Part shown: piece by piece, positions 1-8,962 of the stretch
Layout of the letters: every line of letters starts with the position of its first letter
How positions within the stretch are numbered: the stretch's first letter is position 1
The notes under the pieces: generated by a model
The model's input: the letters and a program-made list of their open reading frames with translations, nothing else
Databases searched by the model: none
What the model was told of the DNA's origin: nothing
Program-made: the position numbers and the translations under genes
DNA from: Planktothrix sp.
Lineage (GTDB): Bacteria; Cyanobacteriota; Vampirovibrionia; Obscuribacterales; Obscuribacteraceae
DNA: 64,000 nt
NCBI GenBank assembly: GCA_036703195.1
Contig: DATNPN010000018.1
Span: 52,631 to 116,630, forward strand
Reading direction: 5' to 3'

Positions 1-11
1 CTCTTCCCATC

Positions 12-1253
12 GTGCAGTCGCTGCCGAGCCTATCTCCACACAATCCAATGTTGGACCAGCGTCTTATAGAGGCGCCTGTCTCGCTTGTTCCAACCATCCA
101 GCCGGCGCAAGCCGCCGTTCCTGAAAGCGGCGACATCGCCAAGACCCCGGTGCTGCAATTGCTGCAAATGATCACGAGCGCAAAGTTGACTGGCAAATTG
201 GAAGTGAGAAGTGATAACTCAACTGGACTGGTTTACATTCAGGACGGGCGGCTTGTTGATGCCACCACATCTGGTGTGGAAGGGGATGAAGGGATAATAG
301 AATTGCTGACATGGAATGAAGGGCAGTTCATATTTGAGAAACGCGTGTTGCGCAACAGTCCCACCGTTTCCCAGAATATCGATACGCTGGTGGCGCAAAG
401 CAAGCTTCTTTCAGAACATCAGCAATACCTGAAAGAGAAGGGCATACAACCGAATTCGCTGGTTCAGCCCGTGCATAAGGATATTTCGGAGACTGAACTT
501 CTGCAAAGACTTGAGCGGGTGCCGCTCAATATCGTCGAATTGTGCCAACTGTTCAGAACCCTGGACGGCAATCAAACATTCGATGAGATAGCGGGCTCGA
601 ATTCCATCTCTCGAATTCAGCTCGTGCACATGCTTTATCACCTCATGGTCAATGACTTGATCAGACTGACCAGCAAACCTACCGCGAAAACGAAGCTGAA
701 GATGCAGCATAAGGTCATTGACACTGCCGCCATTCAGAGTGTCATGTTGAAGTTGCGGCGCGCCGATACGGGAATGTTTCTCTATCCCGCTTTTCTCTAC
801 TTCCTCGAGCAAGAGTATTTGCGTTGTTATCGCGCACGCAGCCCGCTCTCTGTGATAACGTTTGAGATGCGCGCGCTGGCAGCAAATTCGGATCGGCAAG
901 TGTTGCCGACGCCGGCGGTTTTGGAAGCGGCTCTGCGCATCAGTAAACTAAAGCGCCATGTCGATTTGATCGCTCATTACGACGCCTTCGACTATGCGAT
1001 CTTACTGCCGAATACAAAGGTGAGTGGTGCCGAGATCTTCGCGAACCGCGTGGTCAAAGCCTTGACTGCCAGCCCCTTGAGCGCAGATATGCCGGAAGGC
1101 ACCCTCTCGCTGGCCCTTGGCTGTGCGTCGATTCCTGAGGACTTCATCGAGCTGAGCGCCTTACTGGGAGCGGCGGACCTGGCTATGACTCAAGCAAGAG
1201 ATTCGAAAAAACCTCTAATTATGTATCGCGATATCAAACACATGGTCAGTTGA
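12..1253 (+). CDS. DUF4388-like N-terminal domain protein with a degenerate GGDEF-like (diguanylate-cyclase fold) C-terminal region
   Basis: The N-terminus (…VLQLLQMITSAKLTGKLEV…GLVYIQDGRLVDA…) resembles DUF4388. The C-terminal half (…SVITFEMRAL…HYDAFDYAILLPNT…LSLALGCASIP…) resembles a GGDEF fold but lacks a GG(D/E)EF signature. The ORF starts at GTG (12); an in-frame ATG lies at 48. Confidence 0.5.
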   Translation: MQSLPSLSPHNPMLDQRLIEAPVSLVPTIQPAQAAVPESGDIAKTPVLQLLQMITSAKLTGKLEVRSDNSTGLVYIQDGRLVDATTSGVEGDEGIIELLTWNEGQFIFEKRVLRNSPTVSQNIDTLVAQSKLLSEHQQYLKEKGIQPNSLVQPVHKDISETELLQRLERVPLNIVELCQLFRTLDGNQTFDEIAGSNSISRIQLVHMLYHLMVNDLIRLTSKPTAKTKLKMQHKVIDTAAIQSVMLKLRRADTGMFLYPAFLYFLEQEYLRCYRARSPLSVITFEMRALAANSDRQVLPTPAVLEAALRISKLKRHVDLIAHYDAFDYAILLPNTKVSGAEIFANRVVKALTASPLSADMPEGTLSLALGCASIPEDFIELSALLGAADLAMTQARDSKKPLIMYRDIKHMVS

Positions 1254-1664
1254 TCGCGATGTTTCTTGCGGCGTTATTACGTCCAATTCCTGTAAAAATG
1301 CGCCTCTAGCGATAACTTGCGTGAGTCAAGTCGTGCGGTTATTACTAATGAGGGCCAATATCTGATCTTCATGAAGAAATTAGTAGAAAGAGCGAGGTAG
1401 CCTCGGCGCACGCGAAAAGCTTAGACGAGTGCTTTACCATTTCTTTGTCATAACGAAGAGATTGGACGTACCGTGAAGGCGTAACTCTATTTCTCGTTTT
1501 GAAGTTCGGAATGCACTAACTCGTCTAGCAAACCTTGAAAAATTTTCTTGGCAGTTCTGCTTCGACTGTGACCGACCTTCTCAACAAAAGTGTGCAGGCG
1601 ATCTCTGCAACGATAACTGCTCATCCAAAATAGCTTCTGACTTTCAGAAGAACTGGAGTGAACC

Positions 1665-2825
1665 ATGGCTGAAATAATCAACGACAAGATTCGCAGCATT
1701 GTCGCGCGAATCGAAGCAGCGCAAGTGATTTCGCCCGAGACGGATATACTCCTCGCGGAGCTGCTGGCGGAAGTGAAGACAAACTGCTCGCATCCGGATA
1801 TCGTCGCGCGCATCGCTGCATACGCGGAGGCGCCCGGTCAGGTTCTTCCCGTCAAGATGGACAGTGACGGTTATGCGCCTGCCTTCGACGTTCTCACTGA
1901 GGAAGCGGAGTTCGTCGATTTCTGGCAACGCAACGGCATTGTTGTCAGCAAGAACGTCGTTTCCAATGCGGTGCGCGAGCGTGCTATCGCCAGGGTGTAC
2001 GAGCTGACTGGCACGATGAGCAACGGCGCCTGCGATCTCACCAAGCCGGAGACCTGGCAGCACATGCCCGTCGACGCGGCAGGAACTCCGCTTCTCTCTC
2101 GCGGCTTTTTCGAGGTGTATCACGACGATACGCTGGCAGCGCTCCGGCAGTCGATTCGGATCTATCTGCACTACGTGCTGATCTGGTCACGATTCGATCT
2201 GTGGACCACGTTCGATCGCATCGGCGTCAAGCTTCCCGGGCACGGCGACGCTAAGGGTCTGCCGCTGCACGTCGATCAGAATCCGAAGGTGCACCCCAAC
2301 TTCCGCACAGTTCAGGGCGTGCTCGCTCTCAGCGACTGCCCAGCCGAGCGTGGAACCTATGTGGGCATTGCCGGCTCCAAGTGCATGTTTCACCGATATT
2401 ACACGCCCAAAGACGAGTATGTCGGTGAGTATGTGGAGCTCGATGTGCGCCGGCCCGACGCCTTGCCGCTTGTAGATCGCGCTCAGCTCTTTCCTCTGCG
2501 TGCCGGCGACCTGGTCAGCTGGGACTCCCGCACAACGCACGCGAATAGCGCCAATCTGTCGAACGATACTCGTATCGTCGCCTACATCGCCGCCGGCTTG
2601 GCGCGCGAGTCGTCGCCAGATGCGGTTCGTGAGCGGGAAGCGGCGTTTCTCACTGGTTTGGGCAGCAATGTTCGCGACGCTTACATGCACGCCAGCATGC
2701 GCCCTCGCTTTACCAATCCCGAGACGATCGCTCGCACTCGCGCTGCCGAACGTCTAACCCTTTTGGGGAGGCTTATCTATGGCAAACAAAGCTACGGCGA
2801 CATCGCCGCTCCGGCTGCTTCTTAA
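1665..2825 (+). CDS. PhyH-family Fe(II)/2-oxoglutarate-dependent dioxygenase
   Basis: It carries an HxD iron-binding motif (LPLHVDQNP) and the distal His in a PhyH-like context (WDSRTTHANSANLS). A GGAG Shine-Dalgarno precedes the ATG at 1665. Confidence 0.7.
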   Translation: MAEIINDKIRSIVARIEAAQVISPETDILLAELLAEVKTNCSHPDIVARIAAYAEAPGQVLPVKMDSDGYAPAFDVLTEEAEFVDFWQRNGIVVSKNVVSNAVRERAIARVYELTGTMSNGACDLTKPETWQHMPVDAAGTPLLSRGFFEVYHDDTLAALRQSIRIYLHYVLIWSRFDLWTTFDRIGVKLPGHGDAKGLPLHVDQNPKVHPNFRTVQGVLALSDCPAERGTYVGIAGSKCMFHRYYTPKDEYVGEYVELDVRRPDALPLVDRAQLFPLRAGDLVSWDSRTTHANSANLSNDTRIVAYIAAGLARESSPDAVREREAAFLTGLGSNVRDAYMHASMRPRFTNPETIARTRAAERLTLLGRLIYGKQSYGDIAAPAAS

Positions 2826-4830
2826 CGCCGAACCGTTCGGGTTCGGTCCTGCCGCCGCAATCGCTGACTGTTTCCCCCATCTGCGCAAATCGTTCGCTCG
2901 CCTCGCCTACGTTGGCAGTGGGCATACGCTCGATCTGCAGCGGCGTCTGCCGTACGATGCGGTGCATGAGGTGAAACCCGGCGATGACGGGGCGCTCGAA
3001 AGCATCTTCAGTCAATACGACTTGATGCTGACAGCGCTCGACTTCGGCATGGCCGCTGCGGCCGAGAAAGCCGGTCTGCCTGTCTGCATCTACGATCCGC
3101 TCACCTGGTACTGGAAAGAGATCCATCCGGCGGCTTCGCGTTGCCGCTTGTACATCGCACAGGACTTCTACGGCGTCAAAGAACGCTTGCACTCCGAAGC
3201 GGAAAAATTCGCTGCACCGCAGGTGGTGCAACCGCTTCTGCCCAGCACGGTGCCCTGGCGCGGCAAACGTGAGCACGTCCTTCTCAACCTGGGCGGGCTC
3301 TCCAATCCGCTCTGGGGCAATGAGGAGACGGTCGGGTACGCCCGTTTGATTGTCTCCTCCTTCTGCCAGGCAATCGACGGCAGGGAGAAAGTAATCATCG
3401 CCGGCAATTCGCTTCTGGCCAGAGAACTGAAAGAGTTCGGTGCCACCAACTTCAGCCGCGAAGAGATGCAGGAGATCCTGCACAAGGCGAAGTATGCACT
3501 GATGACTCCGGGTCTGGGCAACATCTACGATGCGGCCCGCTTCTCTACGCCCACGATATGGCTGCCTCCCGCCAACGACAGCCAGGCACAACAGCGCATC
3601 TTGCTGGGTGTTCATGACCGCTCTGATGGCTCACTCGATTGGAGTCAGTTCGTAACCGGCGCTGAGATCGATTATCACGGCGAACAAAGTGTCATTCTCT
3701 CTCAGATTGCTGCCGCGGTGAAGCGTGCGAACGCAAGCCAACGCAGTAAGAAGCAACTGGTCGGGCTCATGGCGCAACTGGTGAAGAGCATCGACACGAA
3801 AGTGGTTGGAGCGGCTGCCGGTCTGCTTTACGACTTCGGCTGGGATGGCGCCAAACAGGTGGCTGAGCTGGTGGTGCAGCAAGCGCAGCGCCTGTCCGTT
3901 CCGAAGTCGCGAACGAGCCCATACATTGACCTGGGGTTGCCTGGCGATCTGCGGGTGCGCGTCAAACATCCGCAGAAGATCTTCGCTTCGGAGGCGACCA
4001 GGCTGCTGGCTGGCGCATATGTGCCGGGTTTTTCCCTCCATACTTCGGGCTACGCACGGGAGAAGGCGGATCTGACGATCTCCTTCCACGAGAGTCGCGC
4101 CAAGCGCCTCAAAGTGGAGGGCAAGCAGATCGAGCTGCACGACCGTTGGAGCGGCGACGGCTCTACGCTGGACCTGTTGCACTTGATTCACAGCGCTGCC
4201 AGATTGCACTGGCTTCGTCGGGGCTTGTACTCGGTGCATTCGTCCTGCGTCGGCAACGACTCAGGGCATGCGCTCATCGTCGGACACTCCGGCGTGGGCA
4301 AAACCTCGATTGCCCTGGAACTGGTGAAGCGCGGTATGAAGCTGTACTCCGGCAACAAAACACTGGTGTCGGTCTCGGCGGATGGCGCTATCACCGCACA
4401 TGGTGGCACGCGGACGATCACCACGCGGGCTCAGGATGTCACCCGGCATGAGGCGGCTGCAGATGGAGTCGGTTATTCGGAGCGTTGTGCGTTCCTCCTG
4501 GATCCCGACCAATACAGCGCTGATGCAACGGTGAACATCAAGCTCATCGTTTTAGCGAAGCTCAATCCGGGCACCGACGACTTCACTCGCCAGGCCCCGG
4601 GCGGTGCTTTGCACCGGCTGTATCCGTACTTCCTCGACACTGTGAACGCGGACACGGTGTTGTGCGATGGGCACGAAGTCTTCTCCGGCAGCCCCCCTAC
4701 GGGCTGTCAGCGGAGGCTGAGCACAACTTTATCGGTGGCTCTCGGCAAAATTCCGGTATATTCGATGACCGGCAGCATGGAGTACATCACCGCAACGTTG
4801 GAGCGTGAATTATGCCCGACAGGAAAATAG
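2779..4830 (+). CDS. Fusion protein: degenerate GT-B glycosyltransferase-like N-terminal domain plus HPr-kinase/phosphorylase-like P-loop kinase C-terminal domain
   Basis: The C-terminal motif LIVGHSGVGKTSIALELVKRGMKLYSGNKTLV matches the HprK Walker-A/ALEL signature (GDSGVGKSE-ALEL-KRGH-LVADD). The N-terminal about 300 aa parallel the N-terminus of the downstream GT1 gene (…FGFGPAAAIADCFPHL… versus …GIGRGHTIRQVPIVEHF…). The gene overlaps the upstream gene by 47 nt and the downstream gene by 19 nt. GGGGAGG lies 7 nt before the ATG. Confidence 0.65.
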   Translation: MANKATATSPLRLLLNAEPFGFGPAAAIADCFPHLRKSFARLAYVGSGHTLDLQRRLPYDAVHEVKPGDDGALESIFSQYDLMLTALDFGMAAAAEKAGLPVCIYDPLTWYWKEIHPAASRCRLYIAQDFYGVKERLHSEAEKFAAPQVVQPLLPSTVPWRGKREHVLLNLGGLSNPLWGNEETVGYARLIVSSFCQAIDGREKVIIAGNSLLARELKEFGATNFSREEMQEILHKAKYALMTPGLGNIYDAARFSTPTIWLPPANDSQAQQRILLGVHDRSDGSLDWSQFVTGAEIDYHGEQSVILSQIAAAVKRANASQRSKKQLVGLMAQLVKSIDTKVVGAAAGLLYDFGWDGAKQVAELVVQQAQRLSVPKSRTSPYIDLGLPGDLRVRVKHPQKIFASEATRLLAGAYVPGFSLHTSGYAREKADLTISFHESRAKRLKVEGKQIELHDRWSGDGSTLDLLHLIHSAARLHWLRRGLYSVHSSCVGNDSGHALIVGHSGVGKTSIALELVKRGMKLYSGNKTLVSVSADGAITAHGGTRTITTRAQDVTRHEAAADGVGYSERCAFLLDPDQYSADATVNIKLIVLAKLNPGTDDFTRQAPGGALHRLYPYFLDTVNADTVLCDGHEVFSGSPPTGCQRRLSTTLSVALGKIPVYSMTGSMEYITATLERELCPTGK

Positions 4831-5933
4831 TCTACGGCATATGCGGCATCGGCAGGGGTCACACCATCCGCCAGGTGCCGATTGTCGAGCACTTCGCGCG
4901 CCAGAGTCGCCTGGTGATCTTCGCTTACGGCGAAAGTCACAAGTTCTACAGCGACCGTTATCGGGGGCACTCCTCGATAACGGTCGAGCGCGTCTCGGTG
5001 CCGTTTATGGCAGGCGATGCCAACGGACTCGACTTCGCAGCCAGTCTCAGACGGCATGAGCAAGGCGGTGTCGATCACTTCAGCGTCAACTGCAACGCGA
5101 TGGCGCGGGCACAGGCGATTCTGGGGCGACCGGATCTCGTGATCAGTGATTACGAACCGGTCTGTGCCCAATACGCATACGCGTCGGATGCACCATTGGT
5201 GACCATCGACCAGCAGAGCAAATACCTCGTCGGTGACTTTCCCGCGGTCCTGGGCGGGCAGACATATGTCGACGAGATCGCTCGTCTGCGCATGTTTTTC
5301 CCGCGTGCCCAAGCCCGTTTTGCTTGCTCGTTCTTCAACGTGCCACGAGCAGCTGCAGGCCGTGAGGTTGTCGATGTGTGCGCACCAGTGCTCAAGGACT
5401 CCATCTTGAGCATGAAGCGCACGCCCGCGAAAGGTCGCCAATCGATTGTGGTGTACATCTCATCGCAACGCGACTTTGTGCAGGACTTGGGTGAAGTGGC
5501 AGAGATCTGCGCCAAGCAGAAAAGCTGCGACTTTCACTTCTTCGTTCCGGCTGATGTCGCGGCGCGACTGGAAGAGAAGCAAGCGGTGTCTGTGTACAAA
5601 CACGGCGACGCGCGTTTTTCCAGCTTGCTCGAACAGTGCTCAGGGCTGGTGACGACGGGCGGTCACTCGCTTCTGTCGGAAGCCATGCATCTGGGTATGC
5701 CGGCGTACGTGATACCGCTGGCAGTGTACGAGCAGCACATGAATGCTCACGTCATCGATCGTCACGGTTTCGGCGTCAGCCGCCCGTGCGTCGAGTCCCA
5801 GGCGCTGGCGGAGTTCATCGAAGAGCTGCCGGCTTTTGCTCGAGCGATTGAATCAGACAAGGAAGTTCTTCTGCGCGGCTCTGGCGAAGATCACATCATC
5901 GCCAGCCTGGAGCGGCAGTTCTTCCTTCGGTGA
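4812..5933 (+). CDS. GT1-family (MGT/MurG-like) UDP-glycosyltransferase
   Basis: It has the C-terminal nucleotide-sugar signature …GLVTTGGHSLLSEAMHLGMPAYVIPLAVYEQHMNAHVIDRHGFG… and an N-terminal Gly-rich acceptor-domain motif YGICGIGRGH. Confidence 0.65.
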   Translation: MPDRKIVYGICGIGRGHTIRQVPIVEHFARQSRLVIFAYGESHKFYSDRYRGHSSITVERVSVPFMAGDANGLDFAASLRRHEQGGVDHFSVNCNAMARAQAILGRPDLVISDYEPVCAQYAYASDAPLVTIDQQSKYLVGDFPAVLGGQTYVDEIARLRMFFPRAQARFACSFFNVPRAAAGREVVDVCAPVLKDSILSMKRTPAKGRQSIVVYISSQRDFVQDLGEVAEICAKQKSCDFHFFVPADVAARLEEKQAVSVYKHGDARFSSLLEQCSGLVTTGGHSLLSEAMHLGMPAYVIPLAVYEQHMNAHVIDRHGFGVSRPCVESQALAEFIEELPAFARAIESDKEVLLRGSGEDHIIASLERQFFLR

Positions 5934-6007
5934 TAACCTTTAACCCGGTCCAAGAACGCGCGTGCGCAAGCATGCGCATCTTTGACTTCTCTTGAAAGGC
6001 GCGAAAT

Positions 6008-7303
6008 ATGCCAACTTTACGTGAACGGATGGCGAATCTGCTCGCGCGATTGAATATCGGGAGTGTGACCATGAGCTTTACCAAAGATGACGCGACGCGT
6101 GAGCTGGAGCAGTACGCGTCTGATGTGGCGGCGGTGCGAGCAAAGGCGATGGCCTTTCCGAACGGCATCGCTACTGCCGATGCCTGCCTGACGGTTGCCG
6201 ACACCTACTTCTCGTCTGCCAACACGAGTTTTGCCGGCGGACGATGGCAGCAAGCCGTCGACAATCTGACGAGCGGGCGATTCTACCTCGACCTGGCCAC
6301 GGAAGTGGTGGAGGAGTATCAGGCGCAGACTCAGTTCTTCGCGGCTGAAGCGGCGACAAAACTAAAACTGCCCGAGTATCCTGAGCCCAACTACTGCGAC
6401 GGCGATCAGGAGTCGAACAACTACGAGTGGCGCGGACTGGCTCTGCTGCTGGCAAAGGCGGAGGCATCGGTGGACCAGTTCATCCCTGATGACGAGCACG
6501 CTTTGTGGTGCATCGATCAGGCGCTCGACTATCTCAACGAGCTGTACGACACCGATGATTGGGACAACGTCGCGCCGTACTCCCGCGACGGACGCCTCTA
6601 TGCCAATCTGGCGATCGAACTGGTGCGGCAGTTTCTCCAGGCGCGCGATGACCAATCGGCGCTGGCGAAGCTGAAGGACGCGGAGGAAAACTACCTTCTC
6701 GAATTGAGCGAGGAAGACGACGACGACACCAGCGCTGCCGCCGATTGGCTGTGGTCTGCGGTCACCGAAACGCACAAGGGATATCTCGAGTGCCAGCGCG
6801 ATTGCCCCAACACCAAGCTGGTGGCAACGCACATCGAGGAGGCCATCGCTTTTCGCGATGCCGCTCGAGACAAATACTGGGACGAAGAGTGGAACGACGC
6901 CGGTTGGCAGGCATGCGAGGCGGTGTTTCTCGGCAAGCTCGCAGTCGAGATGAGCAGCACGTACGCGCGCGAGGTCCGGTTGTTGGTTGAGGGTCCCGGG
7001 ACGTACGAAGCTGACATCGACGAGGCGGACTACACCGAGGACAGCGACGATAGCGATCGGCAGGATGCTCTCGAGCAGTGGCGTCAAGTCGCCATTCGCG
7101 GAGTCAAAGCGCAGGCGTACCTCGACAGCAAAGCCTCAGGCTTTACGGCTGGCGAAGGCTTCCTGCAAACTGCCATCGGTTACATCGACAACGTCAAGCA
7201 AGCTGATGATTGGGATGATGTGAGCGACCCGCTGCGCGATGCGAAGTACTACTTCAATCTCGCGGTGCAGAAGGCTCGGAGCTTCGTGGCGAATAACCGC
7301 TAA
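6008..7303 (+). CDS. Acidic, Trp-rich hypothetical protein with 3-4 internal repeats of an about 35-aa helical motif
   Basis: Internal repeats are W…DNL…GRFYLDLATEVV, DDWDNVAPYSRDGRLYANLAIELVRQF and DDWDDVSDPLRDAKYYFNLAVQKARSF. There is no signal peptide. A strong terminator follows the gene. Confidence 0.5.
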   Translation: MPTLRERMANLLARLNIGSVTMSFTKDDATRELEQYASDVAAVRAKAMAFPNGIATADACLTVADTYFSSANTSFAGGRWQQAVDNLTSGRFYLDLATEVVEEYQAQTQFFAAEAATKLKLPEYPEPNYCDGDQESNNYEWRGLALLLAKAEASVDQFIPDDEHALWCIDQALDYLNELYDTDDWDNVAPYSRDGRLYANLAIELVRQFLQARDDQSALAKLKDAEENYLLELSEEDDDDTSAAADWLWSAVTETHKGYLECQRDCPNTKLVATHIEEAIAFRDAARDKYWDEEWNDAGWQACEAVFLGKLAVEMSSTYAREVRLLVEGPGTYEADIDEADYTEDSDDSDRQDALEQWRQVAIRGVKAQAYLDSKASGFTAGEGFLQTAIGYIDNVKQADDWDDVSDPLRDAKYYFNLAVQKARSFVANNR

Positions 7304-7313
7304 GTGCGATTAA

Positions 7314-7358
7314 GGGCCGGGGGACTGCAACTTTTGCCGTCCCCCGGCTTCTTTTTTC
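7314..7358 (+). terminator. Rho-independent terminator
   Basis: The stem GGCCGGGGGAC / GTCCCCCGGC is followed by TTCTTTTTTCT, immediately after the stop codon at 7303. Confidence 0.6.
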
Positions 7359-7622
7359 TGCTCGCACATACTATCTGTTGTAGCATAATTGCCAAGGCTC
7401 CGAAGACAATCCTAAAGAGCTGTTGACAAAACACGGGCTGTCCGCGACCCCTTGATTTTCTCTGCATGCCCTTCGCCTGGCGCATTTGCAACCTTTTCAA
7501 AATTAGTCGATGACGGGGCTTCTTATAGAGCTCGTCATCTGCTAACGTTTTTCTCTGAAAATCATCGTAAGCTAAGACCGTTTTGCCGGTATCAACCCCC
7601 GCCGTTTCGGAAAGGAAAAACC

Positions 7623-8288
7623 ATGAAAGTCAATGCGTTGTTGCTTGGTGCCGTGCTCTCCTGCACCACACTGGCTGCCTACAGCTTTGAGAAGACCCAG
7701 CTTTTTCACTATGGGCAGAATGAGATGCACAGCGGCACCGCGATAGTTCGCGAGACCGGTCACGTAGACGCCTACGGCACGACGCAGGTTCAAGCTTACG
7801 ACCAGAGTGAGATCAAAGCGTACGACAAGGCGCAGGTCGAAGCGTATGGACACACGGTCGTATACGCCAATGCCGAGTCGAAAGTTACTGCTTTCGACAA
7901 TACCCGCGTTTTTGCCTCAGACCACGCTGAGATTGACGCTACTGGCTCGTCGACAGTACAAGCGGGCGGCAACTCCAATGTCATTGCTCACGGCAACGTC
8001 GCCATCGTCGCTAAGGACCACGCTACCATCAAAGCTTACGACCACTGCACCGTCTTCGCGGCAGACAATTGCAAAATCGAGGCGCATGGCGATGTTACGG
8101 TAATGTCGCTGGGCAACGTCAATGTGACGGCTTCCGACAACGTCAACGTTCGTGCCTACGGCAGCTGTGTCATTGATGCTACCGACAATGCCGTCATCGA
8201 CGCCAACGACAAAACCACCGTGCAAGCAACTAAAACAGTAAAAGTCGAATTGCACGACGCCGCCAAACAGATTCTCGCTAAAGGCTAA
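7623..8288 (+). CDS. Secreted protein composed of about 20 tandem octapeptide repeats (predicted beta-solenoid)
   Basis: It has a signal peptide (MKVNALLLGAVLSCTTLAAYS). After that comes a period-8 repeat (V/I)-x-A-x-(D/G)-x-x-x, for example VQAYDQSE / IKAYDKAQ / VEAYGHTV / VTAFDNTR / VFASDHAE / IDATGSST / IVAKDHAT / IKAYDHCT …. AAAGGA lies 8 nt upstream of the ATG at 7623. Confidence 0.6.
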   Translation: MKVNALLLGAVLSCTTLAAYSFEKTQLFHYGQNEMHSGTAIVRETGHVDAYGTTQVQAYDQSEIKAYDKAQVEAYGHTVVYANAESKVTAFDNTRVFASDHAEIDATGSSTVQAGGNSNVIAHGNVAIVAKDHATIKAYDHCTVFAADNCKIEAHGDVTVMSLGNVNVTASDNVNVRAYGSCVIDATDNAVIDANDKTTVQATKTVKVELHDAAKQILAKG

Positions 8289-8328
8289 GCCTCGACTGCG
8301 GCAGACCGGCAAATCAAAACAATCGATA

Positions 8329-8368
8329 GTGCGGCGCCACCATATTTGGTGGCGCCGCACTCATTTGT
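8329..8368 (+). terminator. Perfect 14-bp inverted repeat hairpin (probable terminator of the repeat-protein gene)
   Basis: GTGCGGCGCCACCA-TATT-TGGTGGCGCCGCAC is followed by TCATTTGTTG. Confidence 0.45.
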
Positions 8369-8673
8369 TGCGGGGTTGTTACGTCAAACGTATTGGTAAG
8401 GCGCAAACCAACCAGCGATAGCTAGCAATAGTCGGTGTCGGTGGAAAACACGAATGACATCCGCAGTTTTTCTCTCTTTTTTTGATCTCTGTAAGGCAGG
8501 GTAGGGATATCCATCCGTACACACTTTCATAGACCCAGGAGCAGAGCACACACAGTACTGCTTTTGTACACGAGGCAAACGAACGCCTATTCAACCGCAA
8601 TTCGGCGGTGAATTGGAATGTGTCGCGGATGTCAAATCGCGCAAGCGATCAATCCAGTATCAGGAGAAAAATC

Positions 8674-8940
8674 ATGTTTACCAACGAAACTGAATCGCGC
8701 TCTGAACAGCCGTCCAAGAAGCCCGACACCAACTTTGTAGCCTATGTCGGACCGATGGGCAACCTCCGTCAGGTCTCGCTGGAGCCGGGCACCTACTCGG
8801 TCCAGAAGATTCTCGACACCGCTGGAATGGTAATCAAGCCCGGCTACGAAGCTCGCGTCGATGGTGAGACTGTCTCGCCCTCCACGATCGTCGAGACCGG
8901 CGCCACCGTCTACCTGCTCAAGTCGGTCGCCGGCAACTAA
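8674..8940 (+). CDS. Small ubiquitin-like (beta-grasp) protein, Ubl component of a conjugation-type operon
   Basis: The 88-aa protein has an N-terminal polar tail followed by a beta-grasp-like core (…FVAYVGPMGNLRQVSLEPGTYSVQKILDTAGMVIKPGYEARVDGETVSPSTIVETGATVYLLKSVAGN). AGGAG lies 7 nt upstream. It is the first gene of an operon that also encodes JAB and E1-like proteins. Confidence 0.6.
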   Translation: MFTNETESRSEQPSKKPDTNFVAYVGPMGNLRQVSLEPGTYSVQKILDTAGMVIKPGYEARVDGETVSPSTIVETGATVYLLKSVAGN

Positions 8941-8962
8941 TAGTTGTCGCTCAGCCACTGCC

